A stretch of 52,543 nt of DNA. Source: a virus (taxonomy: Duplodnaviria; Caudoviricetes). Below, piece after piece: positions 19,626 to 30,383 of this stretch (the stretch's first letter is position 1; each line of letters starts with the position of its first letter). A program made the translations under genes and the position numbers. The stretch covers positions 1-52,543 of IMG/VR virus record IMGVR_UViG_3300033145_003423; one strand, 5' to 3'. Below the pieces are notes generated by a model. The model ran no database searches. It worked only from the letters and a program-made list of their open reading frames with translations, and was not told the origin of the DNA.

Positions 19626-22600
19626 TTATAAGGCTATGGTTGTTATCGTGCCAGCAGAGCCAGCAGTGCCGTTTGTGCCGACACTACCATTATGATATGC
19701 CGTACCTCCCAATCCTCCATTACCAGGAGTACCAGCATTTACAGTAACACTACCGCTATTGGTATAAGAACCGCCATAGGCCAGAATAGCAGTTCCGCCG
19801 CCACCTGAACCTTGGCCACCACCTCCACCGCCACCACCTCCATCGTTCCAGCTATTATTCCCACCATCACCACCATCACCACTGTCCGATCCATTACAAT
19901 TAACAACTCCAGCGGCACCAATTATAATATCGTTCTTGACACATGCAAGAAACATACAACCACCAGCACTATCAACACTGTCGCCATTTTCACCGGGATC
20001 TCCATATGCTTCAGGAGCAGGCCCTCCAATACCACCATTAATACCTGCTCCGCCACCACCTCCGCCTCCTTGACTTCCATTTTTGAAATTACCAGAACCG
20101 CCGCCGCCGCCACTAAAATTTCCTCCAATTCCACCTTCAGCCAAAGATGTGCCTGTGCCACCATCGCCAATAGCAATATCTAAATCAGCAGATCCAGCAT
20201 CACCACCATTCCAACCACCAATACCAGTAGCATCATCATCAGGGACACCACCGCCGCCCCCAGCACCGGGAGCACCCCAACCGCCGCCAAACCAATTCCC
20301 CTCGGTGCCAGTTGTTCCATTTCCGCCAACTCCTGCCAGAGGACTACTATCGCCACCGCCATCGCCACCGTCACCGCCGTCACCGCCAGAGCCACCAGGA
20401 GGAACTTCAAATACAACCGCACCCAGTGGTACCTGAAGTGTGCGCTGAATAGTTTCATCCTTAGACACTTTAGCCGATTTTCCTTGAAGATTTACAGTCC
20501 CATTAATAACCACATTACCACGAACATAAACAATCACTCCACGGCACCGCTTATCCACTGTGAGGGTGTGTCCTTCGTTCAAAGTGAAGGAAGTAAACTG
20601 CTTAACAATGGTACTTGAATCCTCCGTAGCTACTGTCCATGTAACATTGCCCGTGGAATTAAATGCTCCGTCTGAGCCAGTACCGTAGCCATCTAAGGCG
20701 TCAGAGATGCCACCAGCAGTTTTAGTTGCAACACCGGCAGATTCATTAATATCTCCTGTAAAATCAGGGCTTCCTTCCGTCACATCTTGCCAATCTGGAG
20801 TGGAAGTAGGACTTTGAATTGCTCCTATTTCAAGTCCATTTTCAGTCCTTCTTGCAGCAGCTATCCCAAAAGAATAGTATTTCTCAGGAGCTACACCCTC
20901 AAAGGTATAATACGAAGCCCCCGTAGTATTAACATTAAAAGATACACAATTATCATTTAATGTTGAAGCACCAAGCCCCGAATTTACACCTTTTTTCCAA
21001 AACAGTAAAATCTGATCTGCTTGCTTTGCCCCCTGTGTGTAACTATCCCAGGACAATTTAATATCCAAAGAACCATTAGAAGTCATTTCTTTATCAATAC
21101 CCACAGGAGAAGGATTACTGCTAGGAGCACCTGCTGTGCGGTATGTTGCTGTACCTGTGTAAGCAATCGCGCCATTTGCAGCATTGGTTTCAAGCACAGA
21201 AGCATACGTCCCGGCTATCACCACATCGGCATTAACCGTTCCTGCATTCACGGTCCCCAAGTTTGCAGATATAGCAGATAAGTCCGATATATCCATCTTG
21301 TCGGCAGTAATTTGATTAGCCGCGATGTGGTCTGCAACAATAACCCCAGCTGCGATAGCCGCGGCTCCAACTGCATTAGCCGCTATCTTGTCCGTACTAA
21401 TAGCATTAGCGATTATTTTATCTGCTGTAACCGCGTTTGCCGCTATCTTGTCCGCTGTAACTGAATTTGAAGCCAACGCATTTGCTATTATACTTCCGGA
21501 TACAATTAATCCTCCGTCAACAACCGTTGCAGTAGGCACTACTAAAGAAGTGCCGGACTTGTTATAAAAAGCTAGCACATCGTCTGCCGCTAAGCTGGGT
21601 AAAACATCAGTTTCTTGCAGAACATAAGGATCGTCATAGTCCCAGTAGGCAAATGTATTAGCTGTATCACCATCAGCGATGTTGTAGGAGATGCCTTTAT
21701 ACTGAATGTCTAAGTCTGCCCAAGCAATACTCCCGGCCGAAGGGGAGTCATTTGTTACACTAAAGCCGCTTGTCTTGTCCCTGAGTGTTTTGTCTGTGAA
21801 ATCTATTAGAGCTGTAGTTGAGGATAAACGTTCTAGTTTGTCTGCTGAAGCGTCTGCGGTTATTTGGGTAGAGGACAGAGCTATGTTGTCAAACCTTGTA
21901 TCTCTAAAACAACTATTAGCCCATCTGTCTGTATCTGGATGATATCCAATGGCAAGAGTTCCCCACACGGATGGTTTATAAATTGAAGATAGAGCCTTTT
22001 CACTTTCTTTCACTCCATTTATCCATAGACTCATCAATTCAGCGTCAAAGTCCCATCGTATTGCCCAATGATATGTTGCACCCGTAACCACTTCAGTAGC
22101 GGATACACAGTATGTCCAGCTTCCACCCGCCGGGTCGTTTGAGTTGTTGGATATGGCAAAACTCAAAGTGTTACTCTTACTATTCCGCATAAGTTGGAGT
22201 TCATCTTTGTTGGTCGCTGTTGAATTATGTCCAACTATTCTATTCCATGAACCCTCAAAAAAATTTTCAGATGGAGTAAAATGACCACTAATAGTTCCCT
22301 GATTGAAGCTCATTATCGAGCTAGGGTTTGGGATTATTACTTTTTCAGCCGCCCGTGTCTCATCAATAAAGGTGGTGGGGGAGGGGGATTCTTCTACACA
22401 TACTCCATCTATATACACTATTTCTCCTATCGAACAAGAACCTGGACCTCTAAGGCGCGTCTCAAAATGGTCTATATCAGCATTAGTTGTAAAAGTTACA
22501 GATATTCTTTCCCATTCTCCCAAACCTGTGCTCCACGCACTGTAGGATTGAGCATATCCAGAAGGAGTTAAATATTCCACAGTTTCTAATTTTACCGAAA

Positions 22601-22940
22601 TGGCCGATTTTACATAAGCATTGAAGGTATAAACTGTAGACGGAGATAAAGTTAAAGATTCGCCAAGATGACAGTAAAAGTTATCCGCAGGGTCTGTTGT
22701 CGTTAGTTTTGCAGAATAAAAGCCAAATTTAGAATAAGCGTCATCACGCGCCAAACTACAACGGTAAGAAGCTGACCATCCATCTAAATTAGTTTCTACT
22801 GAAGGATTGGAACATAAATTCGTTGTCCCTTCTTCAACCATAATCCCATCATCTTCAAACCGGGGGACCTTCGCACGGACTACTTCTCCGGCTTCGTTAT
22901 ATGCAATTGATGCTCTTGTAAATTCCGCTGTTACAGACAT
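19626..22940 (-). CDS. Tail fibre / receptor-binding protein
   Basis: FTRAS..PRF..VEEGTTNL head, CBM-like and LamG-like domains, AVTADKIAAN decapeptide repeats, Gly-rich C-terminus. Confidence 0.85.
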   Translation of the reverse strand: MSVTAEFTRASIAYNEAGEVVRAKVPRFEDDGIMVEEGTTNLCSNPSVETNLDGWSASYRCSLARDDAYSKFGFYSAKLTTTDPADNFYCHLGESLTLSPSTVYTFNAYVKSAISVKLETVEYLTPSGYAQSYSAWSTGLGEWERISVTFTTNADIDHFETRLRGPGSCSIGEIVYIDGVCVEESPSPTTFIDETRAAEKVIIPNPSSIMSFNQGTISGHFTPSENFFEGSWNRIVGHNSTATNKDELQLMRNSKSNTLSFAISNNSNDPAGGSWTYCVSATEVVTGATYHWAIRWDFDAELMSLWINGVKESEKALSSIYKPSVWGTLAIGYHPDTDRWANSCFRDTRFDNIALSSTQITADASADKLERLSSTTALIDFTDKTLRDKTSGFSVTNDSPSAGSIAWADLDIQYKGISYNIADGDTANTFAYWDYDDPYVLQETDVLPSLAADDVLAFYNKSGTSLVVPTATVVDGGLIVSGSIIANALASNSVTADKIAANAVTADKIIANAISTDKIAANAVGAAAIAAGVIVADHIAANQITADKMDISDLSAISANLGTVNAGTVNADVVIAGTYASVLETNAANGAIAYTGTATYRTAGAPSSNPSPVGIDKEMTSNGSLDIKLSWDSYTQGAKQADQILLFWKKGVNSGLGASTLNDNCVSFNVNTTGASYYTFEGVAPEKYYSFGIAAARRTENGLEIGAIQSPTSTPDWQDVTEGSPDFTGDINESAGVATKTAGGISDALDGYGTGSDGAFNSTGNVTWTVATEDSSTIVKQFTSFTLNEGHTLTVDKRCRGVIVYVRGNVVINGTVNLQGKSAKVSKDETIQRTLQVPLGAVVFEVPPGGSGGDGGDGGDGGGDSSPLAGVGGNGTTGTEGNWFGGGWGAPGAGGGGGVPDDDATGIGGWNGGDAGSADLDIAIGDGGTGTSLAEGGIGGNFSGGGGGSGNFKNGSQGGGGGGGAGINGGIGGPAPEAYGDPGENGDSVDSAGGCMFLACVKNDIIIGAAGVVNCNGSDSGDGGDGGNNSWNDGGGGGGGGGQGSGGGGTAILAYGGSYTNSGSVTVNAGTPGNGGLGGTAYHNGSVGTNGTAGSAGTITTIAL

Positions 22941-22952
22941 AATATATCACCC

Positions 22953-23699
22953 CTAATACATAAAATGACTTGCAAGGTTTAGCTTACTTTCAGCTACCGC
23001 ACCGGCTCCTATTTTACCGCCGGTTACTGAATTATTTCCTAACTTACCCTCCGTTACAGCAAGTGCACCGATTTTGTCTGCTGTTACTGCACCGGCCGCT
23101 AGCTTACCTTCTATTACAGATAAAGCCGCAAGCTTATCACTAATTATAGCCCCGTTAGCTAACTCTGCAGAATTCACTGAACCATCAATTAATGCACCAC
23201 CGGGCAATAATTTGCCGGGAGTAAGCATCAAACGAGTTGTGCCACCATCGTTAATAGCAATTAGCACATCATCTGTTTCAATAATCGGCTTAGTAGGTGA
23301 AGTTGCAAACTCTGTTTTTGTCTCGGAAAAGTCCCACCATATATACGTATCTGCTGTACTTGCGTCCACAATGGAATAATCAACACCCTTATAAACAATG
23401 TGACATCCTACCCAAGCTACACTTCCAGCAGTAGGACTATCGTCCGAAAATGCAAAACCTTCTAGCATATGCATGGCACTATTTAAGTCCTCTGCTAAGA
23501 AGTTTGCAGGCTTACCCAGCGCCCTTCTTTGATGCTCTTTCAGAATGGCTATTCTATGATCAATGTCATGTAAAATGGACTTCCAGTTCCCCGGAGTTAC
23601 TTTGGGCTTTTTATACGACAGTATATTTCGGGTATTTTTGCTTACTTCTATTTGCATGTCTTTTATGATCTCGTCTAATCTGGCTATAATGGCTTTCAT
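22953..23699 (-). CDS. Tail fibre-related protein
   Basis: Shares SPxAGSxAW...YKG domain and decapeptide repeats with 19626-22940. Confidence 0.7.
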   Translation of the reverse strand: MKAIIARLDEIIKDMQIEVSKNTRNILSYKKPKVTPGNWKSILHDIDHRIAILKEHQRRALGKPANFLAEDLNSAMHMLEGFAFSDDSPTAGSVAWVGCHIVYKGVDYSIVDASTADTYIWWDFSETKTEFATSPTKPIIETDDVLIAINDGGTTRLMLTPGKLLPGGALIDGSVNSAELANGAIISDKLAALSVIEGKLAAGAVTADKIGALAVTEGKLGNNSVTGGKIGAGAVAESKLNLASHFMY

Positions 23700-23713
23700 G
23701 TCCAGTCTCCTTT

Positions 23714-24208
23714 CTAATACATAAGATGAGTGTTCCAGTTAGTCTTGGATTCTGAAACTGCAGCAACATCTATCTTGTTGTTTGTAATTGCATTGTTGGC
23801 CACTTTGGGCGCTGTAACAGCTTCATTAGCTAAATTAGCAGTTTCTACAGCCAGTTCCGCTAATTTCTCTGAATCAACCGCGGCATCAGCTATCTTGGAA
23901 GTAATAACAGCAGCCTCCGCTAGCTTTTCCGCTGTTACGGACAAAGCTTCCAACCGTTCTGTAGTAATTTGGGCATTGGCGTCTATCAATGCTTGGGTGG
24001 CATCTATTCCTGCTTGGTTCCAGCTATCGGCGGAAGCAACCGAATCATCTTCAATGCCACCAGCCTGAATATTGGTACTGTTCAATTTGCTCTGTAATGT
24101 CAATGAAAGCAATTCCATGTTGCTGTTTATAGCGTCTAAAACCGCTATTGGCACAGTTTTTGTTTTATCTTCAATTTGAGGTAATTCAGTAAAAAAACTG
24201 TCTGCCAT
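23714..24208 (-). CDS. Tail fibre-related protein
   Basis: Decapeptide repeats (xVTxEKLAxx). Confidence 0.7.
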   Translation of the reverse strand: MADSFFTELPQIEDKTKTVPIAVLDAINSNMELLSLTLQSKLNSTNIQAGGIEDDSVASADSWNQAGIDATQALIDANAQITTERLEALSVTAEKLAEAAVITSKIADAAVDSEKLAELAVETANLANEAVTAPKVANNAITNNKIDVAAVSESKTNWNTHLMY

Positions 24209-24212
24209 GCCA

Positions 24213-25571
24213 TCACTTCACTTTCGTTTTAGACTTGCCGCCAAAAGTCAGATTCATTATTTCTGCTTGTACCGTGGTTTGGAGTTTGACCGTCAAATTG
24301 TAAAATTTATTTGTAGACACCTTGATTACTTTAGTAGCCCCCGGAGATGCAGAAGGAATAGTTATCGAATAAGCAGAAGAATATAGTCCATCATCCTCTT
24401 TAAGATAAAGACTCAATGTGCCACCACCTGTGACATTGCCGAGTTCTACTGCTATGTTTTTGACTTTTTTCTTTATGCCCGGCTTGCCTAAATCCAATGC
24501 GTCAGAAATCCAACGATAAGTTATTGCTGCTGAATCATCCTTTGAACCAACATCAAGCAAGTAAATCTTTTTATCGCTTGCCGAGCAGTATAACTCATCA
24601 CCATCCAAACAAAAGTCATAAATAGAAAAAGCATAAACATGTTTAGTCCACCTACCGGTCAGTGTGTCATACTCAAAGACAAGGTTATTAGTAATTGAGC
24701 CCGTACCTGCAATTGCCAATAAATAAGAACTTTTGTAAGCTACCGCCACTGCATTATCTAAGTAATCAATATTTACCAAGTCAGTAAATTCGCCTAAATC
24801 AAAAGCCACTGGATGGACTTTCCCTCCGCCATAGAAATAAACTCCATCCTGCGATAAGAAGTAAATGCTCTCGTTGATATTGACTACACTTCTGCCTGAT
24901 ACAGTACCTACCGGACCTATTGGAACCTTAGTAAAATTACTAGCGCTTGAGCCTAAATATTTATAAGCTGAGAACTCGTTTATGATAACCAATTGATTCA
25001 AAAGCGGTATAATCTGCTTTATGCCATCACCTGTATTTTCTGAAATTTGAACATAATGATCTGAAATAGTACCAGCATTGCCAACGTCTGAATACCGTAA
25101 ATAAGTAGGCTCTGTAGTGTCATTAGTCCATACCCGAGCCTGCCAACTAGCAATCACATCAAATGTAATAGGAGGTCCGCTAATAGCCGCTAATGTTGTA
25201 CCATCGTAAGACAGCATATCTGTGCCATTGCTCATATAAGATTTGTTCAAAAAGGTATCATTGCAAAATACCGCATTGCCACAATCAGTCTTTATTGCCG
25301 GTGTGACCCATGCAGTAAAAGCCAAATTGCCCACCCATAAGTTAGTCCCTTCAGCCCCAAGAAAATACTTTACTCCTGTTTTAGTCGTGAAAAGAAAAAG
25401 CGATTCGATAACTGCTGATGTAGCCGCTATCTGAACCGCTGAGCCATTTCTAGGCTTCAAGGAATCTTCTCTGACTGTGAAGTTTTGCATATCCTCCGCC
25501 TGTGTCCTCTGCCTGTTTGCTAGAGCAGAATAACCTGTAAATCCCGGCAATTGGTAAACAAGTGTTCTCAC
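24213..25571 (-). CDS. Tail nozzle / DNA stabilisation protein (P22 gp10 or T7 tube B-like)
   Basis: Beta-propeller-like sequence (GTVSGRSV, IYFLSQDGVY, YDxxTGRW); GTG start after AGGAGG. Confidence 0.7.
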   Translation of the reverse strand: MRTLVYQLPGFTGYSALANRQRTQAEDMQNFTVREDSLKPRNGSAVQIAATSAVIESLFLFTTKTGVKYFLGAEGTNLWVGNLAFTAWVTPAIKTDCGNAVFCNDTFLNKSYMSNGTDMLSYDGTTLAAISGPPITFDVIASWQARVWTNDTTEPTYLRYSDVGNAGTISDHYVQISENTGDGIKQIIPLLNQLVIINEFSAYKYLGSSASNFTKVPIGPVGTVSGRSVVNINESIYFLSQDGVYFYGGGKVHPVAFDLGEFTDLVNIDYLDNAVAVAYKSSYLLAIAGTGSITNNLVFEYDTLTGRWTKHVYAFSIYDFCLDGDELYCSASDKKIYLLDVGSKDDSAAITYRWISDALDLGKPGIKKKVKNIAVELGNVTGGGTLSLYLKEDDGLYSSAYSITIPSASPGATKVIKVSTNKFYNLTVKLQTTVQAEIMNLTFGGKSKTKVK

Positions 25572-25596
25572 TTTCTCACCTCCTGTTATCTCTTCT

Positions 25597-26361
25597 TTAC
25601 CATATGCCTGTGCCTCGACCGTAACCCGGTTCTCTTTGCACATAGTTAGGTTTTTCAAGCCGTATCAACCTATTAATTGCAATTTGTTTGTGATAGTAAA
25701 ATTCTTTCATTAGCCGTAATCCATCAACACTTTCCTCATCATCATAAAGCTTGTAGCGTGCGGCCAAGTAGTAAGCCATGCACCTATGCAATAATGTATG
25801 AGCATTTGGCGTGTCACTTGCCAATGTCATATCTGATGGTAGTGCTCTGTAATAAGCTGTCCACTCACCTGTTGTACCCATTCGTATCTGCCCAAGTCTA
25901 ATGTCAAATGCACCAGAATAATAATCCTGTCCATTACTAACTATGTATTGAGTATCTTCTGCGGGAGCATCCGTAAATGCGGCACAGGTAACTTCTAAGC
26001 CAGCACCGTCATAATCGGTAATAGCCTTGACTTCACTTCCTATGGCTATCACCATGCCGTTATAAGCATCATCAACTGTACTACCATTAGTTTTAAGGAT
26101 TATTGAAGTTGTGGTGCAATCAGCATCGCAAACACCATAAACCTTATAAGCAAAGATTTTAAGGATACTTAAAAAGTCACTAGGCAAGTCGGTATAACCG
26201 TATTCGTAAGTTTGCGTTATATTGAAACTCTTGTTGTACCACGCATTCTCACCGAACTCATCACATTGGCATTGATTAGCCCAAAGTATTGCATTGGCAT
26301 CAGTCATTTCATCTTCTTCCAGAAACGATTCAGCAAGAGCTTTGATTTCGTCAAGCGTCAT
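25597..26361 (-). CDS. Head-tail adaptor (P22 gp4 or tube A-like)
   Basis: MTLxEI start, LPSDF, Y.ALP..., YLAARYK helices. Confidence 0.7.
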   Translation of the reverse strand: MTLDEIKALAESFLEEDEMTDANAILWANQCQCDEFGENAWYNKSFNITQTYEYGYTDLPSDFLSILKIFAYKVYGVCDADCTTTSIILKTNGSTVDDAYNGMVIAIGSEVKAITDYDGAGLEVTCAAFTDAPAEDTQYIVSNGQDYYSGAFDIRLGQIRMGTTGEWTAYYRALPSDMTLASDTPNAHTLLHRCMAYYLAARYKLYDDEESVDGLRLMKEFYYHKQIAINRLIRLEKPNYVQREPGYGRGTGIW

Positions 26362-26377
26362 AGGGAATCACCTCCCT

Positions 26378-26968
26378 CTATTTCCAAACTATAATTTTAG
26401 AAGTCGCACCCGAACCATCACTAATCAAAGTTAGCAAATCTTCTATTGTGAGATTAAGCAGAGTGGAAGAATCAACCAATATCCCGTTTTCGACAGTAGC
26501 GGCAATAGCAGGATAAATATAGAGATTGCCCGATGCCCTTTGGACGCTTATCATACTGCCCTGCAGGTTAAAGCCCACCAAGCCGGTTGATGCTTTTGCT
26601 GCAGCTATAGTGGTTATCGTTAAACCCGCACTCGCTTCACGGAAGGTAATTGTTCCCGTGGCCGGGGTAACATTCTTCCCGTTAATATCGCCCAAAAACG
26701 CGCCAAGCATATTCCCCCAATCAGCTTTAATCGTTGCCACAGCAGTAGTACCTGTTAGAGTCGCTGCTTCATATATCAATGCTCCCGTGGTGTTATCCGT
26801 ACCAAAGATAATACATTTCTGCGTGTCTCCCACATCGTTGGACAAGACTTCAATCTTATCTCCTGCCGGCTGATTGGTGAACCCACTCCATGCCAAGGTT
26901 TCAAACAAGGGAATAACATAGTCTATCTTTTTGAACTGTTCAATTGTATGGTTATACAAGGCCATCAC
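26378..26968 (-). CDS. Putative virion structural protein
   Basis: T/G/A-rich beta protein in head-tail region. Confidence 0.55.
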   Translation of the reverse strand: MMALYNHTIEQFKKIDYVIPLFETLAWSGFTNQPAGDKIEVLSNDVGDTQKCIIFGTDNTTGALIYEAATLTGTTAVATIKADWGNMLGAFLGDINGKNVTPATGTITFREASAGLTITTIAAAKASTGLVGFNLQGSMISVQRASGNLYIYPAIAATVENGILVDSSTLLNLTIEDLLTLISDGSGATSKIIVWK

Positions 26969-27245
26969 CGCCTTTCTTGAGCAGTATATCTCTCATAACA
27001 TCAGTTTTCATCTTCGTCCAACCTTCGGGCTTATCATCATCAGTCCAAGTCTTTATTTCTGCCATCATTTCAGCCCGGCTCATAGCATTGATTTTATCCT
27101 CATGGGCCTTTATTTGAGACTCACACTTGTCTTTCTCTTCTTCCTTTGCTGTGCCACTAATCTTTCTTAACTCCTGCCATACGAGATATAAGAGCTTGTT
27201 GGTGTCACCCATTCTTTCAGGCATACATGAAAAGTTTATTTTCAA
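26952..27245 (-). CDS. Hypothetical head-region protein
   Basis: ORF in operon; short helical C-terminal module. Confidence 0.5.
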   Translation of the reverse strand: MKINFSCMPERMGDTNKLLYLVWQELRKISGTAKEEEKDKCESQIKAHEDKINAMSRAEMMAEIKTWTDDDKPEGWTKMKTDVMRDILLKKGGDGLV

Positions 27246-27292
27246 TCTTCATCACCTTCTTAATAATGTAGAGAGGGGATTAATCCCCTCTC

Positions 27293-27778
27293 TTATGCCG
27301 TTGCTGATAAAGCTACTGCACCGATGTTTAAGACAATCTGCCATTCGGTTGCGGACTTGTAAGCCAATACCAATGCTTCGCCTACCGCATTAAACGTCAT
27401 TATGTCATTTGTACCATCAACGGTTACACCATCCGCACAGGTAACTACTACATCGCCCGATGAAATGGTATCAATTCTTATGGTTGCTTCATCGCCTGCT
27501 GTTGGTGCGGCTAATGTCATGTCTGCTATGCCCGTACCGCCTGCAATTGATGAAACACCATTAGTTGAGCAAGCTTTCTTACCTGTTGAACCGTCTAATG
27601 CCGTTATGGTGTTTTTAGTCACTAATTTGTTTAGTTGTGTGGCGGTTGCAGTTACTTCAACTTTCTTCTGATATAAAGTACCATCTTGTGCAATGGCAGT
27701 AGACTCGGAACCTGCCTTGCCTACAGCATATCCGTTTGATTTAGAAGAAAAACCCTCGTTGTGAGTGTATCCAGCCAT
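27293..27778 (-). CDS. Putative head decoration/fibre protein
   Basis: VTATAxQLNxL motif, downstream of capsid gene. Confidence 0.55.
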   Translation of the reverse strand: MAGYTHNEGFSSKSNGYAVGKAGSESTAIAQDGTLYQKKVEVTATATQLNKLVTKNTITALDGSTGKKACSTNGVSSIAGGTGIADMTLAAPTAGDEATIRIDTISSGDVVVTCADGVTVDGTNDIMTFNAVGEALVLAYKSATEWQIVLNIGAVALSATA

Positions 27779-27892
27779 TATTGTTCACCTCCATAAAATA
27801 TAGGCAGGGCAGGGTGTTAACCCCGCCCCAAACATCAGAAAATAAAATAACACCCTGTAGGTGTCGGTGTTGGTTGTTCAATCGAGGTAGGT

Positions 27893-28864
27893 TTAATCTG
27901 GAATACTGAAAACGTAAGGCTGATATTTGTACATCCCCGCAGAGTAACGCATGATAGAACCGATTTTCCAGGTTAATGTCTCATTCACTTTCCAGCTACG
28001 TAAATCATAATCATCTCCAGAAGGCAAACGGTTAATGAATTTAGCGGACTGTTTAGCTGCCTTAGAATCCATTACGCACCAAGGAATGTTTGTTTTGCCA
28101 GATTGCTTCTGATACTGTTTCCAGACCACAACCTGCATCGAGCCTTCAAATATATTTGGGTTGTTATCTGCAGTATCACTTTTACCGTTTGCTCCAACAA
28201 TCTCTAACGCTTTCTTTCTTAGCGTTATCGGCACAACGAGAGTGTCAGGTTGCAAATTGGCCGCGTTACCCTCGTCATCCTTCATTGCAAACATGGTTTG
28301 GCAAGCTTCTTCCAAGTTCTCTTCATTGAGCTCTAATGTCAAAAGGTTGCTCTGTGTACCTGAAGCATTTGCCATTGTGTGAGAAGCCGATGCCAAAGGA
28401 AGACTGTCACCCGTAAGCGTCCAGTTAAGACTTACGCCATTAACAGAAAAGCTGGTTTGGTCGGCATAGGTAAATATGCCTGCAGTAGAGTTTTCTTTAG
28501 TTCTTGCAGCTCCAAGGGCAAAATCTCCGTGGTCATTTTTAAGGTTTATTAGTTTTGCATCATCAAGCAAAAATTCATCGTAGGCTCTACCTGCTTGCCA
28601 AATTATGGGAACCCATGTCTTGGTATAGCCTTCTTTCTGCTCGGCAAAAGTAAATTCACCATTCCATTCGGTAAAGTCAACAGCCCCAACTAAACTAGAA
28701 ACGGACTCTGCAACATTACTGGATTGCTCCCTTTGGAATAAATGCGGAATCATGCTGTCTTTTATTGCATCCTCATATACCTGTGTCCAATATTCCAATA
28801 TAGGATATTGAAATTTTCCAACAAGTTTATCAAAATTACTTGAGTCTTGTACCATTACACCCAT
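27893..28864 (-). CDS. Major capsid protein (HK97 fold, Mu gpT-like)
   Basis: GDxxPLASASH, PDTLVVP.xL, D.NP motifs; position after scaffold. Confidence 0.85.
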   Translation of the reverse strand: MGVMVQDSSNFDKLVGKFQYPILEYWTQVYEDAIKDSMIPHLFQREQSSNVAESVSSLVGAVDFTEWNGEFTFAEQKEGYTKTWVPIIWQAGRAYDEFLLDDAKLINLKNDHGDFALGAARTKENSTAGIFTYADQTSFSVNGVSLNWTLTGDSLPLASASHTMANASGTQSNLLTLELNEENLEEACQTMFAMKDDEGNAANLQPDTLVVPITLRKKALEIVGANGKSDTADNNPNIFEGSMQVVVWKQYQKQSGKTNIPWCVMDSKAAKQSAKFINRLPSGDDYDLRSWKVNETLTWKIGSIMRYSAGMYKYQPYVFSIPD

Positions 28865-28881
28865 CTATTTCACCATCCTTT

Positions 28882-29310
28882 CTAACTAGCAACAAGTGCA
28901 TTCTTTATGGCAACGCACTGTACTTTCGTGTTTGTTGTGTCTACATTGAGCAATACCAGATGTCCGCTTGTAACATCGGATGAATCAATGCTCGCGCCGG
29001 TTGCATCTCCTAATGTTGCCGACTCGCAACCTGCTATAAATGTTGCAGCTGCTGTCCCGGTATATGGTCCTTCTATGATGTCACCAGGCTTCACCAGTTC
29101 CATATAGCCCAGCTGATCTGTCCCGCCAGTAGTGGCTTTGTAACAAATTGCGTGGATACGACCTGTGCCAACAGCCTCAGTCCATCTGCCGCTCGAAAGG
29201 GTATAGGCAGTGCCAACAACGCTAGTCTCAGCATCAGTCATGTAAATATTGTCAATATACTTACTGCGGTAATTTCCGGTAAAAATATTACCGATAAGTT
29301 TTAATGCCAT
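28882..29310 (-). CDS. Capsid cement/decoration protein
   Basis: ~140-aa beta protein between scaffold and capsid genes. Confidence 0.6.
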   Translation of the reverse strand: MALKLIGNIFTGNYRSKYIDNIYMTDAETSVVGTAYTLSSGRWTEAVGTGRIHAICYKATTGGTDQLGYMELVKPGDIIEGPYTGTAAATFIAGCESATLGDATGASIDSSDVTSGHLVLLNVDTTNTKVQCVAIKNALVAS

Positions 29311-29343
29311 TTTTCTAACCTCCCATAAATAAATTAAGAAGGC

Positions 29344-30348
29344 TTATTTCGCCTTCTTATGGTACTTAGCCGCTCTTTTCTTTAATTGTGCATCTGTATC
29401 ATTCGGGAAAGTTCCTTTCCATGTTTCCCATTCCTCTGCACTCAAAATTACCTCTATTCCAAAGTCGCCGCTTCCGCTTTTTTCGCTTCGCAAGTGAGCC
29501 TTGGAATCAATGTTTCTTAACGCTTTACTTGTGCCTGTTTTTTTAGCAAATTCCAGTATTTCATCTTCGTGTGTCGCTAGCCATGCAGCTTTTAGTGGCA
29601 CTCCGCGTCTCATCATATCTTGGGTTGCTTCATCAAGTTCCGGTATTGTAGCAGGTACAAGGTCGCCATATTTCTTAGACAATTCAACGTGTTCTTTTTG
29701 CATCTGTTGCATTGCCATTTGTCTAGCGAACTGGTTCTGCTTCTCTGTTTCCCTTTGTTCTCCAGCTTCCAGCCTTTGTTTAAGCTCGTTCAGTTCTTGT
29801 TCTCGCTTCACTTCATCAGCTTTCAACCTTGCAAATTCAGGGTCGTAACCTTTGGCAACATATTCGTCATAGATTTGCTGGGGTTTCTGTTCCAATTGTT
29901 TCTTTTGCTGTTCAACTCTGGCTTTTTCTTCACGATCTATTGCCGCCCAATATTGAGCTTCAGTTTGTATTCCATGAGATTGACCAAAGCGTTCAGCAAA
30001 TTTCGCATCTCTTTGAGTCTGAATTTCTTGCCTTGCACTCTCAGCTTTCTTTTCAGCCGCTTCTGCTTTGCGTCTCATTTCTGCAAAAGCTCTATCAGCT
30101 TCGGGTGATTGCTTAACAGATTCAGGAGTTCCATCTTCTTTACTCTGATTAACGGTTTCAGAATCGTTGTCAACTATCGCATCAGCGGTATTGCTTTCAT
30201 CGCCAACTTGAATGTTGTCTGTGCTTACGTCTGCATCAGAAGTTCCCCCTGTGTCTCCGGTATCAATTTCACCTTCCGCGAACAACTGTAAGTCCATTGG
30301 AGGAGTCGCGACCTTCTCCAAACCTTCGTTTACAGGCATTTTTTTCAT
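29344..30348 (-). CDS. Capsid scaffolding protein
   Basis: MDLQLFAE motif, acidic N-terminus, coiled coil. Confidence 0.8.
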   Translation of the reverse strand: MKKMPVNEGLEKVATPPMDLQLFAEGEIDTGDTGGTSDADVSTDNIQVGDESNTADAIVDNDSETVNQSKEDGTPESVKQSPEADRAFAEMRRKAEAAEKKAESARQEIQTQRDAKFAERFGQSHGIQTEAQYWAAIDREEKARVEQQKKQLEQKPQQIYDEYVAKGYDPEFARLKADEVKREQELNELKQRLEAGEQRETEKQNQFARQMAMQQMQKEHVELSKKYGDLVPATIPELDEATQDMMRRGVPLKAAWLATHEDEILEFAKKTGTSKALRNIDSKAHLRSEKSGSGDFGIEVILSAEEWETWKGTFPNDTDAQLKKRAAKYHKKAK

Positions 30349-30383
30349 GTTTCAATCCTCCATTTTAATAATCTTATTTGGTG

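Noticed and set aside
19626-22940. Diversity-generating retroelement acting on the fibre
   Set aside because: No reverse transcriptase and no template/variable repeat pair seen.
19700-24100. Many + strand ORFs in the track (Pro-rich or Ala/Ser-rich)
   Set aside because: Antisense shadows of Gly-rich and decapeptide-repeat genes, lacking RBS.
26313-26324. 12-nt match to the TnpB guide (TTTCTGGAAGAA) in the adaptor gene
   Set aside because: Mismatches in the first guide positions and no TTGAC upstream.
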